A stretch of 64,000 bases of DNA, taken from Terriglobia bacterium. Its GTDB lineage: Bacteria > Acidobacteriota > Polarisedimenticolia > Polarisedimenticolales > JAIQFR01. The stretch spans positions 832,001 through 896,000 of the forward strand of contig CAVVHE010000008.1 in the NCBI GenBank assembly GCA_963748015.1, given 5' to 3'. Positions 38,819-48,392 of this stretch are shown here, one piece after another (the first letter of the stretch is position 1; every line of letters starts with the position of its first letter). The notes under the pieces were generated by a model. That model was not told where the DNA came from. It saw only the letters and a program-made list of their open reading frames with translations, and searched no databases. Position numbers and translations under genes: made by a program.

Positions 38819-38965
38819 TCGCGCGGGACGGGAGGCCTTTCCCGGGGGCCTGTTTCGCGCTGCGAGGACCCACCGGACCGGAGCCGCGCGAAACCGGAGC
38901 GAGAGCGGCCGACGCCGCGTCGGCCGCACGAGCGTCCCCCGGGAAAGGCCTCCCGTCCCGCGCGA
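38819..38965 (-). repeat. Structured intergenic element, copy A
   Basis: Perfect 30-bp inverted arms TCGCGCGGGACGGGAGGCCTTTCCCGGGGG enclosing two hairpins; homologous to 57103-57254. Confidence 0.8.
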
Positions 38966-39002
38966 CGCCGCTGCCGGCATCGTCGGCCGGCCGGCGCCCG
39001 CC

Positions 39003-40310
39003 TCAAGCCTGCGGAGGCTCCGGGGGATGAACGAGCAGGCGCAGGATGCGGCGGCCTCGGACGCGGGTCACCTCGACGCGGCGCCCGCCGAGCGTCACGA
39101 CGTCCCCGGCCTTCGCGATCCTCCCGAGGCGGGCGATGGCCAGCCCGCCCAGCGAGTCCACCTCCTCGTCCACGTCCTCACGGATCCCCAGCTTTTCCTC
39201 GATGTCGTCGAGCGGAAGCGAGGCGTCCACCGAGACTCGCCCACCGCCGACGTCCAGGACCTTGGGCGGCTCCTGGTCGAACTCGTCCTGGATCTCGCCC
39301 GTCAGCTCCTCCAGCACGTCCTCGAGCGTGATGATTCCCGAGGTGCCGCCGTACTCGTCCAGGACGACTCCGAGATGGAGGTGCTGCTTCTGGAAGATCG
39401 CGAGCGCCTTCTCGAGCCGGAGGCTCTCGGGGAGGAGCAGCGGCTCGCGCGCAACCGCCTTCAGGTCCGCGTCCTCCCGGGACCTGGGGGGAGACAGGAA
39501 CAGGTCCTTGATGTTCACGACGCCGAGCACGTGGTCGAGGTCTCCGTCGCAAAGAGGGTATCGGGTGTGGCCGCCCATCCGGGCCACGGCGAGGTTCGCG
39601 GCGTACGGCCGGTTCGCGTCGAGAAAGACGACGTCGCCTCGCGGCACCATGACCTGACGCACCGTCCGGTCGGCGAAGTCCAGCGCGTTCTCGAGAAGCC
39701 TGGCGTGGGTCGCGGAGATCTCCCCGGCCGCGTGGCTGCCGGCGAGAACGATGCGCAGCTCCTCTTCGCTGTGCGCCTCGGAGCCGGCCGCAGGGGGAGT
39801 GAGCCCGAGCGCCCGGACGGTGATCCCCGCCGCGCGGTTGAGAACCTCGATTAGCGGGTAGAAAGCGACGTGGAAGATCCGGATCGGCCACGAGACGAGC
39901 AGGGCGACCGCTTCGGGCCGTTCCAAGGCGAGGGTCTTGGGAGCCAGCTCGCCGATCACCACGTGAAGCACGGTGATCAGCAGGAACGCCGCGGTCAGCG
40001 CGGCCGAGTGAACCGCGAGGCTCCTTTCCGGACCCCCGCCCGCGAAGAGGGGCTCGAACAGCCGCGCGAAGGCGGGCTCGCCGACCCACCCGAGGCCGAG
40101 CGAGGCGAGGGTGATCCCGAGCTGGCAGGCGGACAGATACGCGTTGAGGTCGGAGATGACCACTCGGACCGCCGTTGCCCTCTTGAGCCCGCCGTCCACC
40201 AGCTCCTGGATCCTGGAGTGACGGACCTTGACGATGGCGAACTCGGTGGCCACGAAGAAGGCGTTCAGCAGGACGAGGCCGATCGCGAGGAGTATGGCAA
40301 GTGTCGTCAT
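39003..40310 (-). CDS. CNNM/CorC (TlyC hemolysin-family) CBS-domain membrane protein
   Basis: NAFFVATEFA, CQLGITLASLGLGW, GELAPK, HTRYP, VLDEYGGTSGIITLEDVLEE. Confidence 0.93.
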   Translation of the reverse strand: MTTLAILLAIGLVLLNAFFVATEFAIVKVRHSRIQELVDGGLKRATAVRVVISDLNAYLSACQLGITLASLGLGWVGEPAFARLFEPLFAGGGPERSLAVHSAALTAAFLLITVLHVVIGELAPKTLALERPEAVALLVSWPIRIFHVAFYPLIEVLNRAAGITVRALGLTPPAAGSEAHSEEELRIVLAGSHAAGEISATHARLLENALDFADRTVRQVMVPRGDVVFLDANRPYAANLAVARMGGHTRYPLCDGDLDHVLGVVNIKDLFLSPPRSREDADLKAVAREPLLLPESLRLEKALAIFQKQHLHLGVVLDEYGGTSGIITLEDVLEELTGEIQDEFDQEPPKVLDVGGGRVSVDASLPLDDIEEKLGIREDVDEEVDSLGGLAIARLGRIAKAGDVVTLGGRRVEVTRVRGRRILRLLVHPPEPPQA

Positions 40311-40397
40311 CTTGTGGCGCCGCGGCACACCGAGCTGCCGGCGGCTCACCCAGTATACTTCGGAAGGAACAGCCCAAATCCGTCCTCTCTCGCTCCT

Positions 40398-40482
40398 CCA
40401 CCGCTCGGACCAGGGGGACCGGGTTCTCGCCGACCCGAAAAAGGGTCGTCTGCGAACCCGGTCCCCCTGGTCCGAGCGGTGG
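40398..40482. repeat. 85-nt palindrome (REP-like or long hairpin)
   Basis: Perfect 29-bp arms CCACCGCTCGGACCAGGGGGACCGGGTTC plus an inner CGACCC-GAAAAA-GGGTCG stem. Confidence 0.8.
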
Positions 40483-40490
40483 GGCGGTGG

Positions 40491-41921
40491 TCAACGAACC
40501 GTGGTGGGCGTGCCGTCGGGCTCGAAGGGGCTGCCCTGCTCGAGGAACAGCCTGAGGCGCAGGATGACCTCCCGCGCGGAGCGCAGGTGCGTGGGATCGA
40601 AGGCGACGACGCGGTCGCGGTTCTGCGCGAGCCAGCGGGCGACGGACTCGACATCCACGTCGGGACCGGGGGGCGACGCGGGGCCGGGCTCGTTGGAGAA
40701 GAAGCGGGTTTCGAGGATGCGCTGGATCCGGGGGAGCCCGCCCCCGCGACGGCCGACGCCGACCCGGTCGAGGATCCTCCCTTCCCGCAGGAGGTAGGCC
40801 CACAGGACGAACGGGGGAGCCGCCGGTTCGAGGATCAGGATCGAGCGGAGGCGCTCCGCGTGCCTTCCGCGCGGGTGGATCTTGCGCTGGACGTTGCGCG
40901 CGGGCTTGCGGCGGCGAATCGCGGCGGCCTCGCGCAACACCGCCTCGAGGTCGGAGCCCACCGGCTCGAGCTCGATCCGGTGAAGGGCGTCCAGGAGGCC
41001 CTGGACTCGGGCCGGGCGGGAGCGCACCTCGCGGAAGTAGGAGCCGACGCGGGCGTGGAGGTTCCGGGACTTTCCGACGTACAGGAGCGTGCCGGCCGCA
41101 TCGTAGAACCGGTAGGTGCCGGCGACGTGCGGAATCTCCGAGAGGAACTCCCGGTCGAAAGCGAAGCGCGCCCAGTCGGGCGGCGGGGCGCCGCGCCGGG
41201 AGGCCTCGCCGAGCGCCGCGAGATCCTCCCCCGGACGCCGCAGCGCCGCGAGGGCCGCGTCCGCGGTCTCGACGAGATCGAGCGGGTCGTCCGACTCGCG
41301 CCAGGGGAGCTTCAACCGCAGGGCCAGGTCCTCGAGATCGTGACGGGCCGGCAGGCCGAGCCGCTCCTGGGCGAGTCTGCGAAGCGACACCGGTTCGTCA
41401 AGGGGCTCGTCGAGCCAGCGCTCGAGCGCCGCGATCGCCCCCGGAGGATCGTGCAGGACGGGCACCGCTCCCTTCAGTATGTCTCGGACGGTGCGGCGGA
41501 GGCTCTCCCCCCGTCGCCCGGCGGTCGCGTCGGCGCAGCAGGCGGCCACGACGGCCTCCCCCTCGATGCGGATCGCGGCGACGTCTCGGAGGACGAACTC
41601 GGTCCTGCCGGACGGGATCCCTCCGCGGACGATCAGGAGCACACGACCCGCTTCGGGAGCCGGAGGCGCGGGCGGCGCTTCGGCGGCACCGGTGCGCGGG
41701 GAACGAGCGGGCGCGGCGCGCCAGCCGCCATCCCCGAAGGCGAGTCTCGAATCTCCGCCGAATGCGGCCTCGAGGAGGCGGCGCGCGACCTCCTCGTTCG
41801 CCACCCGTGTCCGGAGAACCGCGCGCGCCAGCTCCACGCTCCCGACGGACGCGTGCCGCTTGCGCAGGAACCGCGCTGCGCGCTCGGCCGCCAGCGATGC
41901 GGGTTTCGAGGTGAAGTTCAT
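40491..41921 (-). CDS. GIY-YIG (UvrC N-terminal-like) nuclease preceded by a degenerate DnaQ-like domain; start uncertain
   Basis: IPHVAGTYRFYD..LLYVGKSRNLHARVGSYF, LEAVLREAAAI..KPARN. Confidence 0.75.
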   Translation of the reverse strand: MNFTSKPASLAAERAARFLRKRHASVGSVELARAVLRTRVANEEVARRLLEAAFGGDSRLAFGDGGWRAAPARSPRTGAAEAPPAPPAPEAGRVLLIVRGGIPSGRTEFVLRDVAAIRIEGEAVVAACCADATAGRRGESLRRTVRDILKGAVPVLHDPPGAIAALERWLDEPLDEPVSLRRLAQERLGLPARHDLEDLALRLKLPWRESDDPLDLVETADAALAALRRPGEDLAALGEASRRGAPPPDWARFAFDREFLSEIPHVAGTYRFYDAAGTLLYVGKSRNLHARVGSYFREVRSRPARVQGLLDALHRIELEPVGSDLEAVLREAAAIRRRKPARNVQRKIHPRGRHAERLRSILILEPAAPPFVLWAYLLREGRILDRVGVGRRGGGLPRIQRILETRFFSNEPGPASPPGPDVDVESVARWLAQNRDRVVAFDPTHLRSAREVILRLRLFLEQGSPFEPDGTPTTVR

Positions 41922-42126
41922 GAGCGACGTTCCGGCGGGGGTGGAATACCGAAGGACCGCTCCCGAGGCGGCCCGCGACTCACCCCCCGGGGCTGATTCT
42001 GTCATCCCCGCGCGGCGGGGGCAACGCCGCGTCCCGCGCTTTCCACGGCGGCGAGGTTCTGATACAAGAGGGGCTCTCTCGCATGCCGGAGGCCGCGTGA
42101 CGGATCTTCAGAGACCGGGCGAAGGA

Positions 42127-43569
42127 ATGACCGCGATGGTTCGCGAGAAGAAGCGCGCCGCGGCCCAGTCGGTGTTGGCCGGCATCGTCCTCACCGGGAT
42201 CAAGATCGCGGCGGGACTCGCCACCGGTTCTCTCGGAATCCTCGCCGAGGCCGCGCACTCCGCCCTCGACCTGGTGGCCGCCGCGATGACCTGGCTCGCC
42301 GTGAGGACCTCCTGGCGGCCACCCGACGACGATCACCCCTACGGGCACGGCAAGATCGAGAACCTCTCGGCCCTCGGAGAAACGCTGCTGCTCGTGATCA
42401 CGTCCTTCTGGATCCTGTGGGAGGCCGCGCGGCGCATCCTCGGCGAGGGACCCGAGGTCGAGCCGTCCATCTGGGCGTTCGCCGTGATGGGCATCTCGAT
42501 CGTCGTGGACGTCGTGCGCTCGCGGGACCTGAAGCGCGTCGCGGAGAAATCTTCGAGCCAGGCGCTCGAGGCGGACGCGCTGCACTTCAGCACGGACGTC
42601 GCATCGTCCTCGGTGGTCATCGCCGGGCTCGCCTGCGTGGTCCTCGCGCGGGAGATGGGCGTGAAGTGGCTGACGCTCGCCGATCCCGTCGCGGCCAGCA
42701 TCGTGGCCGTCATCGTCCTGGTGCTCTCCTGGCAGCTCGGCCGCCGCGCCGTCGACATGCTCCTCGACCGGGCCCCGGCGCGGGTGACCGAAGCGATCGC
42801 ACGTTCGCTCGACGGGCTCGAGGGGATGGACGGAACGCCGCGCATCCGCGTGCGCCAGGCGGGCGACCGCGTGTTCGCGGACGTGGAGTTCAGCGTCGAG
42901 CGCGGCCTGCCCCTCGCGGAGGCGGAGAGGATCGCGCAGGTGGCGCGAGAGCGCGTGCGCGCCGCCGCGGGCTCGAACGCGGGGGTCACCGTCGAGCTCA
43001 AGGCCCGGCCGGACGACCACGAGACGCTCCGCCAGAAGGTCGCCACCGCGGTCGCGATGGAGAAGGTCCACGCCCACAACATCACGATGCGCCACGAGAC
43101 GGAGGGCGCGCATGCGGACCTGCACCTCGAGCTGCCGGAGAGCATGAGTCTCGGGGAGGGACACGCCATCGCCGACCGTGTGGAGGCCCGCATTCTCCGC
43201 GAGGTTCCCGAGGTGCGGCGCGTGGATATCCACCTGGAGCTTCACGGCGAGGTCCCGGAATCCGCCGGAGCGCTCGACGACGACATGCGCCGCGGTCTCG
43301 AGGCGCGGATCCACGCCCTCGCGGGCGGCATCGCGGGGGAGGGGGCGGTCCACGACCTCATGCTCGCGAAGACGGGCTCGGGCCTCTACCTCTCGTGCCA
43401 CTGCTTCGTCCCGGCGGACGCGTCGCTCGCGGAGGCCCACGCCCTGACCGAGCGCCTGGAGCGAGCCTTGCGAGGCTCGATCCCCGAGCTGACCAGGATC
43501 GCCGTTCACGCGGAGCCGTTCGGCAGCCGCCGGCACACCGCGGACCGGGGCGGCGCGCCCTCGGACTAG
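42127..43569 (+). CDS. Cation diffusion facilitator with three tandem C-terminal domains
   Basis: EAAHSALD, PPDDDHPYGHGKIE, ADALHFSTD, ADP; three ZT_dimer-like repeats. Confidence 0.92.
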   Translation: MTAMVREKKRAAAQSVLAGIVLTGIKIAAGLATGSLGILAEAAHSALDLVAAAMTWLAVRTSWRPPDDDHPYGHGKIENLSALGETLLLVITSFWILWEAARRILGEGPEVEPSIWAFAVMGISIVVDVVRSRDLKRVAEKSSSQALEADALHFSTDVASSSVVIAGLACVVLAREMGVKWLTLADPVAASIVAVIVLVLSWQLGRRAVDMLLDRAPARVTEAIARSLDGLEGMDGTPRIRVRQAGDRVFADVEFSVERGLPLAEAERIAQVARERVRAAAGSNAGVTVELKARPDDHETLRQKVATAVAMEKVHAHNITMRHETEGAHADLHLELPESMSLGEGHAIADRVEARILREVPEVRRVDIHLELHGEVPESAGALDDDMRRGLEARIHALAGGIAGEGAVHDLMLAKTGSGLYLSCHCFVPADASLAEAHALTERLERALRGSIPELTRIAVHAEPFGSRRHTADRGGAPSD

Positions 43570-44624
43570 CCCTCGGCATCCTCGACGTCGGGGGGAAGGA
43601 TCCCCGAGGCCTCGAGGTAGCCGAGGCGGTGCTCCGCCGCGTACGCCGCGCACTCCTTGATCTTCCGGAGGAGCGTCGTGCAGGCGGGGCCCTCGCCGTG
43701 GCGCGCGGCGGCCTGGATGATCCGTGCCCCGCTGAGGTTCAGGAAGTCGAGGAGCTCCGGGACGTCGCCGGGAGCGACGAACGCCCCGAGGTCGCGAGCG
43801 TTTCCGATCTCGAGGCGAAGCGATGCGCCGAGGTGGGGAAACTCCTCGCACGCCGAGGCGAACAGGCGCCGGGCGGGCACCAGAGTCTCCGGCGCCGGAA
43901 CGCGCGCGGCGCGGCAAATCGTCTCCAGGCCGTCCACGTCGCGCGCGGTCCAGAACGGCACGACGCGCGCGTGGAGGCTGGCGGCGCGCCAAGGCAGCTC
44001 GCCGGAGAGGACCTCCTCGGATGGCTTCCCCACCATTTCGTCCTCGCGGGAGAGCTCGCCGGCGCGCGCGGCGGCCGCGAGGCCGTGGATCTTCGCCAGC
44101 GCCGAGAGCAGGTCGGAGCGGTACTGGAGGTCGGCCGAGAGCTCGGTGCCGTCCTCCGGCGCGAGCGCTCGCGCGAGCTCGGGATCGAGGCGCTCCAGCT
44201 GCTCCTTCACGATCGCGTCCGCCACCCGCGGAGACGGCGCCGAGCGATAACGGTCCACGGTCGCGACGACCTTCGCCGCCGAAACCTCCGTGACGAAGAA
44301 CGGACGCCCGTGGAGATGGAGGTCGGGGTCCACCGCCTGGATCGCGCGGCGAGACAGGTCGTCGGGGCGCCAGTCGAACCGCTCCATGTAGGACTTGACT
44401 CTGTCCCAGGTTCCGGCCCCCTGCGGCTGCCGCGGCGGCTCGGCCGCCGCGCGGAGCGTCTCGATCGCTCGCGCGTATCTCCGGGCCTGCCAGTGGATCT
44501 TCCTCACCCTGGCCGCCTCGGCCACGAACGGCTCGGGATCGATCTTTCCGCCCGACACGAGCGGAGCGATCGTGCCGTCGAAGAACGCCACGTCCACGGG
44601 GTGGAACGAGATCGTGCCCTTCAC
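43566..44624 (-). CDS. Hypothetical protein
   Basis: 352-aa ORF whose GTG start overlaps the sirtuin stop (GTGA); globular-looking composition. Confidence 0.7.
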   Translation of the reverse strand: MKGTISFHPVDVAFFDGTIAPLVSGGKIDPEPFVAEAARVRKIHWQARRYARAIETLRAAAEPPRQPQGAGTWDRVKSYMERFDWRPDDLSRRAIQAVDPDLHLHGRPFFVTEVSAAKVVATVDRYRSAPSPRVADAIVKEQLERLDPELARALAPEDGTELSADLQYRSDLLSALAKIHGLAAAARAGELSREDEMVGKPSEEVLSGELPWRAASLHARVVPFWTARDVDGLETICRAARVPAPETLVPARRLFASACEEFPHLGASLRLEIGNARDLGAFVAPGDVPELLDFLNLSGARIIQAAARHGEGPACTTLLRKIKECAAYAAEHRLGYLEASGILPPDVEDAEG

Positions 44625-45427
44625 GCGGACCCTCCCGCCGCGCCCTGCTCCAGGACCGCGGCCGCGAGCAGCGGCAGCGTCGTGCCGACCGGCCCCTGCA
44701 CGAAGAACCCGCTCGGTCCGAGCCCGCCTTCGGTCAGCTGGGTCGGCTCCAGGTTCATCTCCACGATGCTGCCCCGGCGGGCGAGGACCTCCTCGGGGAG
44801 GAGGCTCGCCGGGGCGACCTCGCAGGAAGTCCCGGCGACGAGCATCAGCTCCGATCGACGCACGAGGGCCGAGATCGCCTCGAGCCGGCGCACCGGCTCC
44901 TCGAAGAGCACGAGGTTCGGCTTGAGAGGGGAGCCGCAGGCCCCACAAACCGGGACCGGCCCGGGCTCGAGGTGGGCGGGCGATACCGGCTCCAGCCCGT
45001 GGCATCGAAGGCACTGCAGGCGGGTCGCCTCGCCGTGGATCTCGAGCACGGTCCGGCTCCCGGCCGCCTGGTGCAGGCCGTCGACGTTCTGCGTCACGAG
45101 CCCCTTGACGATTCCCGCCCGCTCGAGGTCCGCGAGCGCGCGATGCGCCGGGTTCGGCGTCTTCCCCTCGAGGATCTTCCCGAGCGCCCGGTAGAGCTTC
45201 CACGCCTTCGCGGGATCGTCGAGGAAGCAGGAAAGGGTCGCGTACTCCATCGGATCGAACACGCTCCAGAGTCCCCCCGGGCTCCGAAAATCCGGGATCC
45301 CGCTCTCCACCGAGACCCCCGCTCCCGTCAGCGCCGTAACCCCCCGCGCCCCCGCGATCGCGCGCGCCGCCGCCTCGAGGTCCCCTTCGACCTTCCCGTC
45401 GGGCGTGATCACGATCCGTCCGCGCAT
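44621..45427 (-). CDS. cobB: NAD-dependent protein deacylase (sirtuin)
   Basis: TGAGVSVESGIPDFR, TQNVDGLHQAAG, EIHG, two CxxC pairs, GTS. Confidence 0.9.
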   Translation of the reverse strand: MRGRIVITPDGKVEGDLEAAARAIAGARGVTALTGAGVSVESGIPDFRSPGGLWSVFDPMEYATLSCFLDDPAKAWKLYRALGKILEGKTPNPAHRALADLERAGIVKGLVTQNVDGLHQAAGSRTVLEIHGEATRLQCLRCHGLEPVSPAHLEPGPVPVCGACGSPLKPNLVLFEEPVRRLEAISALVRRSELMLVAGTSCEVAPASLLPEEVLARRGSIVEMNLEPTQLTEGGLGPSGFFVQGPVGTTLPLLAAAVLEQGAAGGSA

Positions 45428-45500
45428 CGAGTTACCCCTTGTCCCTTTACGCCGGAGTCTAGGTCCGCGACTTCGCGTTGGCAATGTGGCGTTCTCCGCG

Positions 45501-45928
45501 CCGTTTCGGCACCCGGAAGTCCCCTCCCAGCGACGTCGGCAGGAGCGCGTCCGCGCTATCGGCGCGCGGACGCGCGATGCCAGAGCCAGGAGCCTGTCCG
45601 AGTAATCCCGTGGGCCGCGCGCATGGGGCTTGCGAGTCGGAGACGAGGAGCGAGGAGGAAGACGATGTGCCTCCATCGACGACGACGAGCGACGATGGAT
45701 CCGACCGCAACCCCCATGCGCCCTTCGGGTTCGGGGCGGCGTGGGGGCGTCTGCGTCGTCGCCGCTCCTTGTCGATGGGGGAACATCGACCGCGTCGCGG
45801 CTCCTCGCATCCGCCCCCACGGCGCCCCGAACGCGGCCTACGGGATTACTCGGACAGGCTCCTTGGAGCGAGGCGCAACGCCGAGCGACGAGCGCTCGCA
45901 GGGAGGGGACTTCCGGGTGCCGAAACGG
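45501..45928. repeat. Outer palindromic element with 28-bp perfect inverted arms
   Basis: CCGTTTCGGCACCCGGAAGTCCCCTCCC at 45501-45528 and its reverse complement at 45901-45928. Confidence 0.8.
45588..45863. mobile_element. Putative MITE nested inside the outer palindromic element
   Basis: 24-bp perfect terminal inverted repeats AGGAGCCTGTCCGAGTAATCCCGT (32 bp with one mismatch); no transposase; no clear target-site duplication. Confidence 0.6.
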
Positions 45929-45961
45929 GGGGAGCGAGCCCCGCGGTATCATGCGAAGTCG

Positions 45962-46708
45962 ATGGGAGCGCGAGGGCCGGGAAAACGGAAGCGCAAGGGC
46001 GGCAGGAGCGGCTGCCTGGCGATCGTGACCTTGGTGGCGCTCGTGGCGGGAGGTTACGCCGCATGGAAGGCGCTGACCTGGCCCGACGTCGCGCGTCTTT
46101 CGGGCGCGAACCCGAAGACCACCGCGTTCATCGAGCTGTACCGGGCCGGGCGCCGCGCCGAGGGGAAGAGCGACCGCGTGGCCTGGACGTGGGTCCCGTA
46201 TGCCGCGATCTCGCCGGCGCTGAAGCGCGCGGTGCTGGTGGGCGAGGACATCGGGTTCTTCTCCCACCACGGCTTCGAGGTCGCGGAGATGAAGAAAGCT
46301 CTGCGAGAGGCGGTCGAGGACAAGGAGATGCCGCGCGGCGCCTCCACGATCACGCAGCAGCTCGCGAAGAACCTGTGGCTCTCGCCGTCGCGAAACCCGT
46401 TGCGGAAGGTCGAGGAGGCGGTCCTCACCTGGCAGATCGAGCGCCGGCTCGGGAAACGCAGGATTCTCGAGCTGTACCTGAACGTCGTCGAGCTGGGGCC
46501 GGGGGTCTACGGCGCGGAGGCGGGGGCGAGGCGCTGGTTCGGGAAGTCTGCGGCCGACCTGACGGACGAGGAGGCGGCGCAGCTCGGGGCATCGCTGCCG
46601 AACCCCGAGGATTGGCATCCCGGCTCTGCGAGCCCCGCGTACCGCCGCCACGTCCAGAGGATCCTGCGGCGGATGGAGAAGGCGTCGTGGATCGACAACG
46701 AGCTGTGA
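45962..46708 (+). CDS. mtgA: Monofunctional peptidoglycan glycosyltransferase
   Basis: [40 protein letters not shown]. Confidence 0.93.
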   Translation: MGARGPGKRKRKGGRSGCLAIVTLVALVAGGYAAWKALTWPDVARLSGANPKTTAFIELYRAGRRAEGKSDRVAWTWVPYAAISPALKRAVLVGEDIGFFSHHGFEVAEMKKALREAVEDKEMPRGASTITQQLAKNLWLSPSRNPLRKVEEAVLTWQIERRLGKRRILELYLNVVELGPGVYGAEAGARRWFGKSAADLTDEEAAQLGASLPNPEDWHPGSASPAYRRHVQRILRRMEKASWIDNEL

Positions 46709-46760
46709 CGTCCCCGGCTCTCCCGGGCCGGGTGGCGGTATCCTCTTGCCGGAGGGACTC

Positions 46761-48356
46761 ATGACGGCCACCGACCTCTGGGACCGCTACCGAGCCTGGC
46801 TCTACGACGCACCCGACCTGGGCTTCCGCCTCGACGTGAGCCGGATGGGCCTGCCGGCGGACTTCCTGCGGAGCATGGACGGGCCGGTGCAGCGCGCCCT
46901 CGCCGCGATGGAGGCGCTCGAGGGGGGCGCGATCGCGAACCCCGACGAGAAACGCAGGGTCGGCCACTACTGGCTGCGCGCGCCCGAGCTGTCCCCTGCG
47001 CCCGAGATCGCCGACGCGATCCGCCGCACGCTCGCGAAGGTGCTCCACTTCGCCGTGCGCGTGCACGAAGGGCAGGTCCGGCCGCAGCGCGCCGAGCGCT
47101 TCACGCGGCTCCTCGTCATCGGGATCGGCGGCTCGGCACTGGGGCCGGAGTTCGTGGCCGACGCCCTCGGCGCGCACGACGCCCCGATGAGCCCGCACTT
47201 TCTCGACAACACCGATCCCGACGGGATCGACCGGGTCCTTCAAGGGATCGGCTCGGACCTCGAACGAACCCTCACCGTCGTCATCTCGAAGTCGGGCGGG
47301 ACCCCCGAGACCCGCAACGGGATGCTCGAGGCGACCGCCGCCTACGCGGCGCGGGGCCTCGAGTTCGGCAGGCACGCCGTGGCGGTGACCGGGGAGGGGA
47401 GCGCCCTCGACCGCCACGCCGTGGAGCACCGATTCCTCGAGAGATTCCCGATGTGGGACTGGGTCGGGGGGAGGACCTCCGAGCTGTCCGCGGTCGGCCT
47501 CCTGCCGGCGGCGCTCCAGGGGATCGCGGTGCGCGAGCTGCTCGAGGGGGCCGCCGCGATGGACGGGCTCACGCGCACGCGACAGGCGGCGAAGAACCCC
47601 GCCGTTCTTCTCGCGTTGGCGTGGCATCACGCCGGCGGCGGGAAGGGCGCAAAGGACATGGTCGTCCTGCCGTACAAGGACCGCCTCGCGCTGTTCAGCC
47701 GCTACCTGCAGCAGCTCGTGATGGAGTCGCTGGGCAAGGAGAAGGACCTCGACGGCCGGACGGTTCACCAGGGGCTCGCCGTCTACGGGAACAAGGGCTC
47801 CACCGATCAGCACGCCTACGTCCAGCAGCTCCGCGACGGCGTTCCGAACTTCTTCGCGGTGTTCATCGAGGTGCGGAAGGAGCGGGAGGGGACGGGGCCC
47901 GAGGTCGAGCCCGGGATCACGTCGGGCGACTACCTCGCCGGCTTCCTGCTGGGGACGCGCCGCGCGCTTCACGAGAGCGGCCGCCCCTCCCTGACCATCA
48001 CGCTGCCGGACGTGAGCGCGCGCAGCGTCGGCGCCCTCGTGGCGTTGTTCGAGCGCGCGGTGGGGTTCTACGCGAGCCTCGTGAACGTCAACGCCTACCA
48101 TCAGCCCGGGGTCGAGGCCGGGAAGAAGGCCGCGGCGGCCGTGCTCGACCTGCAGCGGGAGCTCGTCGCGGCCCTCGGCAACCGAGGGCCCGACGGCGGG
48201 ACGGCGGAGGACCTCGCCGCGGATGCCGGCGCGCCCGACGACGTCGAGACCGCCTTCCACGTGCTCGAGCGCCTCGCCGCCAACCCGTCGCGCGGCATCG
48301 ATCGCGTGCCCGGCGCCTCGCCCTTCGACGCCGTGTACCGCCTCCGACGCAGCTAG
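46761..48356 (+). CDS. pgi: Glucose-6-phosphate isomerase
   Basis: [51 protein letters not shown]. Confidence 0.95.
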   Translation: MTATDLWDRYRAWLYDAPDLGFRLDVSRMGLPADFLRSMDGPVQRALAAMEALEGGAIANPDEKRRVGHYWLRAPELSPAPEIADAIRRTLAKVLHFAVRVHEGQVRPQRAERFTRLLVIGIGGSALGPEFVADALGAHDAPMSPHFLDNTDPDGIDRVLQGIGSDLERTLTVVISKSGGTPETRNGMLEATAAYAARGLEFGRHAVAVTGEGSALDRHAVEHRFLERFPMWDWVGGRTSELSAVGLLPAALQGIAVRELLEGAAAMDGLTRTRQAAKNPAVLLALAWHHAGGGKGAKDMVVLPYKDRLALFSRYLQQLVMESLGKEKDLDGRTVHQGLAVYGNKGSTDQHAYVQQLRDGVPNFFAVFIEVRKEREGTGPEVEPGITSGDYLAGFLLGTRRALHESGRPSLTITLPDVSARSVGALVALFERAVGFYASLVNVNAYHQPGVEAGKKAAAAVLDLQRELVAALGNRGPDGGTAEDLAADAGAPDDVETAFHVLERLAANPSRGIDRVPGASPFDAVYRLRRS

Positions 48357-48392
48357 TAGCCCTCTACCCCGGTCGCCGCGTCGTCCTCGCGG

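Noticed and set aside
39003..40310. Hemolysin toxin
   Set aside because: The motifs are those of the CNNM/CorC Mg2+-handling family; the hemolysin name is historical.
44621..45427. Anti-phage SIR2 (Thoeris/DSR-like) system
   Set aside because: Short canonical zinc-binding CobB-type sirtuin with no defence genes around it.
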